NCBI GenBank assembly: GCA_034780895.1 | Contig: JAUZTB010000098.1 | Location: 85,989,963 to 86,053,962 of the forward strand | Reading direction: 5' to 3' | From: Rhynchobatus australiae | Lineage: Eukaryota | Length of the DNA: 64,000 bases | Part shown: positions 38,330 through 50,737 of the stretch, piece after piece | Numbering within the stretch: the stretch's first letter is position 1 | How the letters are laid out: every line of letters starts with the position of its first letter | Notes under the pieces: generated by a model | Database searches by the model: none | Seen by the model: the letters and a program-made list of their open reading frames with translations, nothing else | What the model was told of the DNA's origin: nothing | Program-made: the position numbers and the translations under genes

Positions 38330-39550
38330 TCCTCAGTGCCATACCAATCACTCTTTCTCCATCTTGTTTCACCTCAGGCCAGCAACTCCAACAAGTCAGT
38401 GAGGATGTTTCATTTTTTTCAAAGCTTTGAGGGCATCCTTGATGCATTTCCTCTTATCACTTGCCATGTCGGAGCTTGGAATAGATGGCATGTTTCGGGA
38501 GTCCAGTATCAGGCATGCAAATATTGTTGTCTACTCATGGGTGTTTAATTTGTTCCTCAATGCTGGGGAGATTATCCTGGGCGAGGACGCTGGTGTTGGT
38601 TCGCTTACTCTACCAGTGGATTTGGAGCATTTTGCAGAGACAGTGCAGGCATTACCTCTCCAATGTGAAATGTCTGTCAGAGATAACCCATGACTCCTAA
38701 GTATACAGGGATCTCTGCTGTCAGGAAGATGGCAAAATTAGTTCTAGTTTGAGGTTTTGATCATTGAACACACTATTCTGCAGACAGCCAAAGGCTGTGA
38801 TAGATCATGAGAGGTATTGGTGAATTCTATCAATATCTACATTTGCTGTGAAATGGCTCCTGAGATATCAATACTGATTCTCACTTTCTGGAGTTTGACT
38901 GTGGACCTGAATCGTTGGGGGATCCCCCCCAGGGCTGGAAAGGATGCAGGCTTCTGGAACTTTGTGAATGACAAGAAAAGACTTGGGAAAAGGAAGTCCC
39001 GTGGAATCCTCCTCCTGATAAAAAACTTGGAGCATGGTTTTGTCACCTTGTTCNNNNNNNNNNNNNNNNNNNNNNNNNNNNNNNNNNNNNNNNNNNNNNN
39101 NNNNNNNNNNNNNNNNNNNNNNNNNNNNNNNNNNNNNNNNNNNNNNNNNNNNNCCTTGTTCTATCAGAGTGAGGAGCACAAGACTTTGCAGCAATGGCCT
39201 CAGTAGCTGAAGGATATTCAGATCTTTCCCATCTGGGATTGTTCAGGAGCATTCTGAAATTCTTGATCAGGAGTAGCAGATGTCTGTGTGATCGTTTTAA
39301 GTGAGGTGGTTGTTTGAACTCCATCTGACACACAGAGGTAGATCAAGCTCCAGCAGCAAGTGTGTTCAAGATATTTGGCGACTAGGTCCTGGTGCATGGA
39401 TGTTTACCTATATCTGATGTGCATATGCACAGCCAGGAAGTTTCTGTTGATCCACTTACACAGGCATATGTATAGGATTCTTGCCTCCATGACCACCTCC
39501 CTAACCCACTTTTCTGCTAGACTCATCCCCTTTTCTACACTGAACAAGAG
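38330..39550 (-). mobile_element. Decayed RTE-clade LINE
   Basis: Minus translation KRTNTSVLAQDNLPSIE and PKHAIYSKLRHGK...KCIKDALKA resembles the RTE C-terminus (PKQLLYGEL..GKR...RFKD.LK). Confidence 0.7.
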
Positions 39551-39994
39551 GCACTAGTTTTATGAGTGCCTGTGGAATCCTGAGGGTCTTTTTGCTTCTG
39601 GAAAGCTGGAAGAGAGAGCAACACCTCCTTGAAACATATGATTTAACACAACACATTTTCACAAAATAGGAATTCTGCTTCTGTTCTTTAATCTGGAATA
39701 CAAGAGGGAAGAGGTTCTTTAGGTTTGTTCTGGGGTAATACATTTAGTTTTGGACATCATGATGTAGGAGAGGTGTATTGACCATGAAAAGTGCTCAATA
39801 CAAATTCACCAGAACAGTTTTGGGTCCAGATGCTAGCTTGGACAGGCTGTGGAAACTTGGCTTGTACTCCCATGAGTTTAGAATTTTGAGTGGTGTTGAC
39901 TGAACTTCACAAAAGTTTAAAATAAATCAGTTGTGGACACAGAGAAACTACTCTGGCTATTGTCGGCATGGCTGCAGTATGAACTATCTATAAA

Positions 39995-40322
39995 ATGCAG
40001 TGCATCAATATGCCAAGGCTAATTCAACAGCACCATTCCAAACCTGCGAGCTTGACCCTCCGAACGTCAGCATGAGCATGGGAACCCTCTCACCTGTAGG
40101 TTTCCCTTCAGGTCACTGCCCATCCTGCCTTGGAAATATATCCCTGTTTCTATGTCGTCACCTGCTCCAAATACTAGACCTCTCCATCAAACACCAGTTA
40201 TGAGTACATACATTCGTATTGCAGTAATTCGAAAGGATAGTTCACCATCACCTTCTCAAAAGCAGCCAGGGATGGATGATTAATATTGGCCTTACCAGCG
40301 GGTGCCCACATTCTGTTAGTAA
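39995..40322 (+). mobile_element. 3' end of a second CR1/Jockey-group LINE family
   Basis: Homologous to 58880-59180 (cagcaccattccaaacc...caccatcaccttctcaa). Confidence 0.6.
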
Positions 40323-41425
40323 ATACAAAAATTTCTCAAAATCATTTTCTTAAAATCAGCACTTATAAACAGGGATATGGGAAGTATCTTATTGTGCAAC
40401 CTGAGGGGAAATTCCCTATAGGGTATGGATTCTGGTGGACAACTGGAGCTCTGAAGTGTGAAATCAATGTATATCTGTTGAGCAAAGGAGACGAAAGATA
40501 TGGAACGAAGGCTGGAAAGTAAAATTGTGCTACAAATGAGATGTGGTCTAATTGATTAGGAGCACAAGCTTGTGGAGTTGAACTGTTTTTATTTACTCAT
40601 TTATAAGGGGTGGCTGTCATCAGCAATGCCACCATATGCGATCTGCCCATGAAATGAAATGACGTTTCAGAGTCAATGACATTGGTGGCTACAGAATCAC
40701 ATATAGGCGAGAGCAGGATGACAAGTTTCCTCCTCTGAAGGAATTTATGGAGCCAGATGTTTTTTTTTGTGACAATCTGGTTGTTTCATAGCCACCAATA
40801 CTGAGACTTACTGTTTAAAACAAAATCTTAATTTATTTTAATCACTTGAATTTGAATTCTCCAGCTGCCATTGTGATTGCACAAGGATTGGGCAGAGCTG
40901 CCAATCTCCATGCAAGTTCCTTCAGTTTTCTATATTTTAGCCTCATTTTGCATGAATGATGTATTTCATTCAAATAGTGCTGTGGGATCAGGGGTTAACA
41001 GGTACATTGCTGACAACTTCTCCCACTGCATCATATGTGGAGTAACCAATGTGGGTGGATGAGTTACAGCTATTAGAGCAACAAACACTCTGAGCTTGTC
41101 GCTGTGACTTCATTTTTCTTAGTCCATTAATTCCTTCAGATGGTTCTTCATTGCTCAGGCCCATTTATATTCAAGCAATTTCTATATGTGTTCCTGCAGA
41201 GCGGTGCTGAGATCAGTGTTGGGTGCATTTATCTCTCTCCACAATTATTCACAATTCATGAACGATCAGATTCTGGAGTTGGAGCACAGCAAGATTGTTG
41301 GTCAGTGTTAAGTAGCTGAGAGTTCCAAATGCAATGACATCTGCTGCATGCTATCAGTTTCAAAGGAATGCTGAAATGATTGGGAATGAGCAGTAAACCT
41401 GAGCAAGGATCAAGGGCTATTTGAT

Positions 41426-41625
41426 CTGTAGGGGTTTACTACTGAGCACTTGTGTGGATTCCAGCTGCTCTGGAATCCANNNNNNNNNNNNNNNNNNNNN
41501 NNNNNNNNNNNNNNNNNNNNNNNNNNNNNNNNNNNNNNNNNNNNNNNNNNNNNNNNNNNNNNNNNNNNNNNNNNNNNNNAGCTGCTCTGGAATCCACACA
41601 AGTGCTCAGTAGTAAACCCCTACAG
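41426..41625. repeat. Perfect inverted repeat, 39-bp arms, split by a 100-N gap
   Basis: 41426-41464 is the exact reverse complement of 41587-41625. A 17-mer is duplicated on both sides of the gap. Confidence 0.9.
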
Positions 41626-41874
41626 TAAACCTCTTCTATTGAAAATAAGAAATGATCATTGATGCATTTGCTCTTAAAGTTGGATGCAACAAGGTTCAGA
41701 TTTCCTTGATGGTTAACAGACTGTATTTGACCAAGTTCATGATTTTTTTTTGAGTGGAACTGGAATTGGTTCAGATGCTGCTTGCAACCATGCAACAAAA
41801 AACAAGGTGTTTAGGACTTTGTGTCTGAAGGTCAGAAAACATCAGGTTTGAGCTTTTCTGCCTGAGTAACTTAA

Positions 41875-42305
41875 GAATCATGGAGTCATAGAGTTATACA
41901 GCATGGGAACAGGACCTTTGGCCCAAGACATCCACATGGACCTAGATGCCTACCAACTCTAATCTAATTTGCCTGCGTTTGATCCATATCCCTCTAAACC
42001 TGTTCAAATATTTTTTTAAACATAATTGTACTGCCTCTACCACCTCCTCTGGCTGCCTGCTCCATATACCCACCATCCTCTGTGTGAACAACTAACCTCT
42101 CAGATCCCCTTTAAAGGTTTCCCCTCTCACCTTAAACCTATGCCCTTGAGTTTTAGACTCCCCTGCCCTGGGAAAAAGATTGTGACCATCTACCCTATCT
42201 TTGCCCTTCATGATTTTATGAACATCAATAAGGTCACCTCCTCAACCTTCTTCACATCAGGGAAAACAATCCAGGCCTATCTGATCTCTCCTTATAACTC
42301 AAGCC
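41875..42305 (-). mobile_element. CR1/HER1 LINE 3' end
   Basis: gagtcatagagttatacagcatgggaacagg...ctcaccttaaacctatgccc...ataaggtcacc. Confidence 0.8.
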
Positions 42306-42695
42306 TTCATCTTGAGTTGTTATATTTCAACCATGTCCCCATGATTAAAACAATGCCATATTCCTGTGTGCCAATCAATGCTCTAAGTTCNNNNNNNNNN
42401 NNNNNNNNNNNNNNNNNNNNNNNNNNNNNNNNNNNNNNNNNNNNNNNNNNNNCTATGTATAATAAAGTAATGCAGGAGAAGACTTTGGTGTATAAATGCT
42501 CTAATGTGACACTCCAGTCAGAAAGTTATTAGTATTCCATTAACAGTGTGCATAAAAATAGCCACAACAGCCAATGGAGCTATGATCCAAGGAAAGATTA
42601 GATACTTCAGTCAGGACTAACAGAGATGCTGGCACCTTCATGGCTACCCCTGGATGGTGTTTGCAATTTTTGTCATTATACGAAGNNNNNNNNNN

Positions 42696-42880
42696 GGAAA
42701 AAATTTAACAAAAATGGTGAAAGACTTATACACTGAAAACTATAAAACTTTGCTGAAAGAAATTAAAGAAAACACAGCAAATGAAAATATAGCCCATGTT
42801 TAGGGAGATAGAAGATGTAATATTATTAAAATATCAATATTACTATTGGTTTCAACGCCAAATTCTACCATGAATATTTT
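42696..42880 (+). mobile_element. Mammalian-type L1 ORF2 fragment
   Basis: KNLTKMVKDLYTENYKTLLKEIKENT...CNIIKISIL versus recalled human L1 ORF2 [25 protein letters not shown]...INIVKMAIL. Confidence 0.8.
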
Positions 42881-43726
42881 CTTCATTTCCTTCATTCCTA
42901 ATTTAAAAGGTAAAGATATAGACTGAACTTTCTTTTGAAGGATTCATTCAGGAGGAAGTTGGTGAAGTAGGCAGTGGTAATGGTGGTGAGGATTCACTGC
43001 ATGCTCATACTTTCAGTCTGGGTTCCCCATGTGTATTATCAGCGTTGCTCACTAAGCAAGCACAATGATGCTACACAGTCTGCAATGTTTGTTTTGATGT
43101 AACTTGGGGTAAGTTCTATCATGTATTTGAGGTCCATGAAGGGCACATATCTCAAACACGAAAGCAGGTGTGTTAAGGCTTGCAATGGCACTATTTAATG
43201 TGTACAGCTTTATCAGGGCCACAGCTGGGCAGCCCAAGGCGTTGATCTTCCTGCAGGTAGGTTACCTCTCCAATATTTTTTAATTAATGAGCATCCCAAC
43301 CTCTTGATGTCATTGTCCTCCAATAACTCCAGCCACAGCCAGTGTATCCCCTTGTGCTGTCGCCTTGATTATCAGCCCCTCCACTGTATCTCATAGGATT
43401 CTCTCCCTTCTCCACATCACACCTATTCTTCTCCTCCTCATACATCTCCTTTGTCCCTCTTCTGCTAATCATCTCTCAGCCCTGTTTTCTCCACAATCTC
43501 TGCTCCCCTCTCCCCAGTTGTGAGAGATTGTGGTAGGAATGCCTTTAAGCAAGTTTGTGCTTGAAAACACATTCTATTACACACAGCGCCTTGGGCCAGT
43601 GTGTGTTGGAATATTGGAGCTCCAGACTTCACAAAATGCTAGATGGACCACTTTTGCAATGGCAGCTTAATATGTCCTTATACATATGGAAGAATGTTTA
43701 GGCCTGTGTATTTTCCATGCTTTCAG

Positions 43727-43808
43727 TGTATGGAATCTTTGGAATCCAAAGGCATTCTTTTTAATGATCATCAAATTGATGCACAGATTAGTTGCAACAT
43801 TAAAACAG
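43727..43808 (+). other. Candidate exon (82 nt)
   Basis: ttttccatgctttcAG acceptor and CAG|GTGATG donor (weak). Two frames are open. Confidence 0.25.
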
Positions 43809-44059
43809 GTGATGGCCAAGCCCAAGTCGAATCTCTAGAGTAGGCTCTGAAGCCACCATTTTCTGACTCAATGATGAGAATGGTACCACTGAGGACATAC
43901 TTGGCAACATGTGGTTTCACTGATATAGCAGCCTGCATGCACAGAGATTCCTTCAGGTCCATGTATTACATTTTCCAGCAATGGTACATCACAATCCATC
44001 AGACAATTTGGGGCCCCAGACAATGGACAGGAGCTGGAAGCAGCACAAGAACACTCTAT

Positions 44060-44255
44060 AGCTCTATCTCCTTCTGTCTGTCTGCCTGTCTCTCTTTCTC
44101 TTTCCCTCTCTCCCTCTCTCCATCGCTCTCTCTCCCACATCACTTTCACCCCTCACTAGGCCTTCTTGATCCCCAACAGCACAGGCAAACCAACTCTTCA
44201 CCCTCCCATGTCACATTTTCTCTCGCTCTTTTTATCTCTCTCCTCTCTCTCCCAA
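44060..44255. repeat. CT-rich low-complexity tract
   Basis: Degenerate (ct)n runs. Confidence 0.7.
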
Positions 44256-46062
44256 AAAGAGGAAAACATTATTTCCTTAATTTAGTAAATGAGCATTTGT
44301 ATGTGGCACAATACTGAAAGTCTGCTCTGTAATATATGGCATTGGCCCACGTTTAAGCCCCTGGGGGGTTCAAGGCAAAAATTTTCTTTGGATTTCCCTT
44401 TAGATTTGGCTCCACTCCCTTTAATTATCTGAGTGCCCTGAGGCACCCAGTACTTACTTGCAAACCAAGAAGATATATTTTGATTTAATACGATGTATTG
44501 TTAAATTACACAATTGAAAGTTTGTTGTTTCGATCCTCCTTGTCTCATGTTCAATTAAGTTTGTGCAATCTACCGTGCTACAGAAAATTCTCTTTGTGTT
44601 CAATCCCACAATTAAATGCATCGTTTAATTTTGTTGTTTCAGTTGCGGATTTCACCTCTTTTTCTTCCGTAGTTTACTTGGTCCTTCTTCCCAAGGCAAG
44701 GTTCCTTCACCTCTTTTCCAATGTAGTACCATTTTAACTTTACACAACAGCTCCATCTATCTGTATTTAGCTGGCTCACTTTCTCTCAGGAGTCTTGTCC
44801 GGCAGATCGTATTTTATGTCAGCTGATTGGATCATTGCTGCCTTTACTCCTGTGCCTTAGATTTGATGTGAACCATTGAGGCAGTGGGACTGAATCTAGG
44901 TGTTGAGACACCATAGGTAGGCAGTCTGACAGCCTAATAATAGCAGGTAAGAAAGGTAGCCGTGGCTGTGGATCATGACCTCATTCGTTGATGTTGCAAC
45001 CCCCAGGAAGTCCTGCCCTGAGAGTTGGTGCTTAAGGTTCAGGGACTTCTCCAGCATGCCAATGAAATGGCCATTTCTCAGAAGATGCCTGGGGATGATT
45101 GAAACATAATCAAATGGAGGAATAAAGATCTCTAGGAATCCAGATCAACCAGTTGCTGACAGTACTAACAAGAGATGAGAAAGCTGTGAGGTATGCAAAT
45201 TCAGTGGCTAGTGAATTTTACCAGTATTTTACCATTGAGTCTCGCAATACCAATATCCTAGAATCAGCAGTTAACAGAAACCTCCAATGGCTAAAAGAGC
45301 AGGTCAGAGGTAGGGTATCCTGTGGCTAACGACTCATCCCTAATTCTCCATCAGAGTCAGGACCCACCCATATTTGGTCAGGCTAGGCCTATCCTTCAAA
45401 ATTCCAGTCCTAATCACACTCTCCATAATAGCTTACCCAATTATTATCAAGCCATGAAATGTACTTCCCACCAGTGGCAGAAGGAACCAGCCTACCTCAA
45501 GGCCCAACCTACAGATTAACTGCACCACCTCTTTCCCTATCAACAACTATTAGCACTCTGAATTTCACCAGAATCCTTGATACAGGATGCCACAAATAAC
45601 AGCACTGCTGACCAGCATCAACATCACAACGTATTGAGTAAAATAATTCCCTCCTTCCTCTTCCTTCCATTTTGGGAGTTACCTTGAATCCATCCCATGT
45701 AGTTGCCAACACTGGAAACACTTTAAACTCCTTGTGGCTTTGAACATCCCCATTAAATCCCCCAACCCTCTGGGGGGGTAGGAGGTTGACCCTGTTCCAG
45801 CAGGCTGTGTGCCCCCTACTCCTTACACCCCACCACCCACCTCGGAATATGCCCCTCGGCGGATGGAAAAGTAGCGAACACCGGTCCTGTTGGCAGATGA
45901 TGTTGCTGAGATGTGGGAGCTCTCAATGGTTAGTCTGCTGCAGCAGTTGGCCTAGTGGAAACTCCTTGTGCACTGCAAGCAGGAAAAGTGATGAGTGTTT
46001 AGCGACTGCCCAAAGACACAATCAATGCGTAACGAACATTTAAAAAGTAATCTTGTGGATAC

Positions 46063-46390
46063 AGGCAGCACCATGGCGCAGCTAGCCTCACAGCACCCGA
46101 AACCCAGCTTCAGTCCTGACCTTGGGTGCTGTATGTGTGTAGTTTGTACAGTCTTCCTGCGACCATTTGGGTTTCTTTTGGGTACTCCATTTTCCTCTGC
46201 TTGGTTAACTGGCCACTGTAAATTGCTCCCAGTGTATAGATGAGTGGTCGAATCTGGAGGGAGATAATGAGAATGTGGGGAGGATATAAAGAGGATTGAT
46301 ATAGGATTAATGTAAATGGGTGGTTGATGGTTTGCATGAACTCATTGGGCTGAAGGACCTATTTTGGTGCTGTATCCCTCAATGATTCTT
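46063..46390 (+). mobile_element. HE1/V-SINE
   Basis: ggcagcaccatggcgcag head, V-domain, tail gggctgaaggacc...tgctgtat. Confidence 0.8.
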
Positions 46391-46603
46391 TCNNNNNNNN
46401 NNNNNNNNNNNNNNNNNNNNNNNNNNNNNNNNNNNNNNNNNNNNNNNNNNNNNNNNNNNNNNNNNNNNNNNNNNNNNNNNNNNNNNNNNNNNGATTCTTT
46501 CGCTCTATTTCTTTCCCTCTTCCCAAGATACCAAATATATATTTAAACATGACTTTGTAAAAGAGCTGACATGGGGCGGGGGGAAGAGGATGATGGCAGC
46601 AGT

Positions 46604-46945
46604 TCAGTGGCACAACTAGGAGAGCTGCTGCCTCACTACTCCAGCAAACTGGGTTTAATGAGCTCTGCTGCTGGCTGTGTGGAGTTTGCACATTCTCCCT
46701 GTGACTGTGTGGACTTCTTCTGGGTGCTCTGGTTTCCTCACACATCCCAAAGATGTGCAGATAGGTAGCTAAATTGAATATTGTAAACTGCCCTGAGTGT
46801 GTAGGTGAGTGGCAGAATCTGGGGGGAGTTGATGGGAATGTGGGAAGATAAAACGGGATCAATGCAGGAGTTGTGTAAATGCATGCTTGGTCGATGTGGA
46901 CTTGTTGGGCTGAATGGTTTGTTTCTGTGCCATCTGATTCTATGA
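46604..46945 (+). mobile_element. HE1/V-SINE
   Basis: cagtggcacaactaggagagctgctgcctcac...tgtggagtttgcacattctccctgtgac, with tail. Confidence 0.85.
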
Positions 46946-49727
46946 TAAAGACAGTATCTCTTTGATATAGTAAAGTGTCTCCAGGTACTATCCAGAACCA
47001 TAACAATATAAAAAAAAGATGGTACATTAAAGGAGGAAATATTAAATAGATCAACTCAAAACATGGTCGGGGAAAGTAAGGAGAATTCCTAAAGAAAGTT
47101 TGAGGAAGGAAATCTAGAGCACAAGGACAGGACAGTTGATATCAAATCTACTAATGGTATGATGAAGGGAATGCATTGTTCAAGAGGCTAGAATCAGAAG
47201 AGTGCTGAGTTTACAATACTGTAGTTCGTTGAACTCGAAAGGTTTACAGAATGATGAATGAGAATGCTATATTGGAGGCATTGAAGGAGCTGGAACCCAG
47301 TAGGTCTGTCACCATAAACCCAACAGAAGAACTCATCTTGCCATATTACATGGCATTGGAAGGGACATCTTCATGAGCTGGTTTACAAAGGGGTAAGTTA
47401 CGAATAGGCAGGATGCAGGCATATCCCTGGATTTTCCACCCTGCAGCAATGTACATGCTGCATATATCAGTTTTGCTGATATTTCACTTGGTTGGAAAAA
47501 ACTAAAGGGAGAACTTTACAAAACACAATACCTTCAAAGTTTAAAAAAAAGGATAAATCAACCCTAACATAAAACGTCAGCTTGAAGCCATTATGAACAA
47601 CAGGTTTTACACCATGTGTTTCTTTACATTACAATCATCTCTATCCTTTTAAAAAGCACTTAATTGATTGTAAAGTCTTGCAGAATGTGCTTAAGTCATG
47701 AAGGGGAGCTTTGCAATCACAAGTCTTTTCCTACATTTCAGCATCCATCTCTGCAGCTTTTTAATCAGCTAAATAAAACATTTCCTCATTATAGGCGGTG
47801 ATAAAATCAATTTAATTATTTACGAATTTTGACACAGAAGGCCATTCAGCCTACCAAGTCCATGCTGGCTCCTATTTTGCCTTGGGCACCTCAGTTCATC
47901 AAGAGATTTACCTGTATTTTACTACAACTGAATTTACCTGCACTTACCTAAAAGTTAAAGAGTTTTGAAGATACCCATTTTTAATAATTTCTTGGGAATG
48001 AAGGAACCCTGATGCAAACTAAATGGATTCCCTGAATTAAAATTATCAATTACATTTCAGAGAATATTTTAACTATCTTAATGCATTAATTGAAAGTTGC
48101 TTCAATAGCAGTTTTCAAAATGGGCTTAAATAAATACACAAAAGAAAAGTTTCCAAGGGTCTTGGTAAAGAGGCACGGTGGGCTGAGTGGCCTTCAAAAC
48201 TAGGGTTCATTGAGTGTGCCATTCTATTTATTAAGTAAATCTGGTGTGATCTGAAGTAGCATCTGTTGAAAAGTTTTGTTTTGAAAAGACAATTAACCAA
48301 GAACCATAAAGCTCCATCTAAAATAACTAACAATTAAAAAAAATCACAGATTCCAATTTAGCTTGCAAACTACTCGGCACAAAATTGCTGCTGTTCAGCA
48401 TAATTTCAAAACATTTTTATCAGCTCTTTGAGTCAAGCTAAATTTTTGATGCTTTTAGATTCCGGTCAGAATGACAATGTTAATCAGAAAGCTGAAGTAA
48501 TAGAGTAAACTATGTTGAATTAAGGGGAGAAATTTCTCTAACTATGTAACTTGCCTGAATGGATTTCCCAAAAGGCGAGGCTAATAGAACGGCAGATCAA
48601 AGAGTACAATCTCATTTTTTATCTCTGAACCAAATGGACTTTTATGTCTATCAGGTTTGGCTCTGGTCCAAAGTTTTGAACGGCAGCAGTCAGCTGACTT
48701 ATCTAATAGATCTAAACATTATTTACAAACTGCCTGGGTAAACTTGCTTTACTTGTTCTTTTCTAGTCCTAAGTGAAAACATCTTGAGAAATTCTGAGGA
48801 AGGTCCCANNNNNNNNNNNNNNNNNCTTGTGTTTTTAAAATCTTCTATTTGCACATGTAGGGGGATAATATTAACATTCCTTCAGCTCATTAAATGCCCA
48901 TAAAGGGAAAGGTCAGTGGGTTGTTCAGACAGGTGCAACTTGCTGTGAAGTCTCAGTTTAAGCACTTACATTAACTCTAGAAACATCTGTGCTGTGACTT
49001 AGAATTAAAACACAACTGTGCTCCTTAATACACCAGGTCAAATTTGCCCATGACAAACATTGTAAGTGATCCGCTGTCCCCAACTTTACACTGGATGGAA
49101 CAAGTTGAAATTGTTCTTGGTGTAATAGGAGCACGAAAGAAAAATCATCTTGTTTTTTACATGAGTTATTTCCTATTGTAGGGAGACTAAAGAGAATGTG
49201 CTTGTTCAGATCTTGTTAAGGGCTGTATATTTCAATCAACATAAAATCCCTCATGGAAGAAAAGTGGATTTAATGCTACCTCCTTCATCCTGAAAGATGT
49301 GGGTGCATTTGGCATTTAGTGGAATTAATGGCCATAACTTAGTTGCTTTTGAGAAGGTGGTGGTCCTGAACTACATTCTTTCTTTGTTGAAATCCATGTG
49401 TTGAAGATGTGGTCTTAATGGCATTATGATTGTGACCCAAATAAGGAGACATTGAGGATACTTGTCTCAATCAGGATGGCACATAATCCAGGGCTTCATG
49501 CTTTGGTGTGACATTGAGGGAGTGTTGCATTGTTGAAGGTGCTATATTTAGGATGGGACTTGAAGTGCTCAAGCTGTTTACTCCCTTTCCCATATTACAG
49601 CAGTGAATACACTTGTTTTGGGATATNNNNNNNNNNNNNNNNNNNNNNNNNNNNNNNNNNNNNNNNNNNNNNNNNNNNNNNNNNNNNNNNNNNNNNNNNN
49701 NNNNNNNNNNNNNNNNNNNNNNNNNNT

Positions 49728-49897
49728 GGAGGCAGATACGTTGGACAGGTTCAAGAGGTTGTTGGATAGGCATATGGAGAAATGTGGGATAGAGGGATAT
49801 GCAAGAGGAAAGGGTTAGATAGTGCGAGGTGTGGTTTGATGGGCAGCACAACACGGTGGGCCGAAGGGCCTGTATTATGCTATATTATTCTATGGTT
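49728..49897 (+). mobile_element. CR1/HER1 LINE 3' end
   Basis: EADTLDRFKRLLDRHM and tail gggccgaagggcctgt. Confidence 0.8.
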
Positions 49898-50032
49898 CAA
49901 TATCATCACTTTATTAATCTAATTATTTGGCTATTTGTACCAGCCTATTATTGTTTATAAATGATACTTAATGTTCCTTCCCTACAACTCTTATATTAGA
50001 TTTGCTCAACACCTTAACTTTTTTCCATCTAG

Positions 50033-50118
50033 AATCCACCTGAGATCCATCTTATTTAGCTCGACTCGTAGAGAATGAACTGTCTTTCTTGAAGAGACTT
50101 TCGGACAATACACCTGAG
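50033..50118 (+). other. Candidate exon (86 nt; alternative acceptor gives 50060-50118)
   Basis: cttaac branch, T tract and TAG acceptor; GAG|GTAAGA donor. The 86-nt form has stops in all frames. The 59-nt form reads RLVENELSFLKRLSDNTPE. Confidence 0.3.
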
Positions 50119-50489
50119 GTAAGAAACAATCTGCTGGAGGAAAGGAATTGTCGACGTTTTGGGTCGAAACCCCGCATCAGGACTCTGTACAACTGAGGCG
50201 TCTGGTGTGTTTTAAAAGCAGAATTCGTAAACCACATGATCAGATTGGCAATGAGATTAATAGTGGTAAGAATTGTCGTTCATAGATCCAATAAAGAATT
50301 GAGGAAAAAGTTCGTCAGTAGTTGAAATCTGTAGCTGAGGCAAATGGCATCCATGCACTTAAGGGGAAGCTGAGTTGGGAAATAAGGACAAGAGAAATAG
50401 AAGGATAAAGCAACTTCTGGCTGAGGGAGAATGGAGTCAGTGAAATGGGAAGATGTTCACATGGAATACTATTTAATTGGTCTTTTAAA

Positions 50490-50737
50490 ATTAAAATTTA
50501 AATTTTATTTACAGTGTGGTAACAGGCCCTTCCGGCTCAACAAGTCCACACCGCCCATTTTAAACCCATGTTAACCTACCCGTACGTCTTTGGAATGTGG
50601 GAGGAAGCCAGAGCACCCGGTGGAAACCCACGCAGACACGGGGAGAACGTACAAACTCCTTACAGACAGCGACGGGAATCGAACCCCGATCGCTGGCGCT
50701 GTAATAGCGTCATGCTATCTGCTACGCTACTGTGCTA
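50490..50737 (-). mobile_element. Young V-SINE (CpGs retained)
   Basis: gtacgtctttggaatgtgggagg...cgcagacacggggagaacgtacaaactccttacagacagcgacgggaatcgaacccc (B-box). Same subfamily as 28745. Confidence 0.9.

Noticed and set aside
40941-41300. Two further AG/GT-bounded segments (40941-41001, 41200-41300)
   Set aside because: Weak donors (GTACAT, GTCAGT) and several possible frames, so they can be fitted arbitrarily.
50033-50118. In-frame TGA in the 86-nt exon form read as selenocysteine
   Set aside because: No selenoprotein-like context and no SECIS visible. A non-coding exon or the alternative acceptor is simpler.
50670-50737. tRNA-like A/B boxes
   Set aside because: This is the head of a V-SINE, not a tRNA gene.
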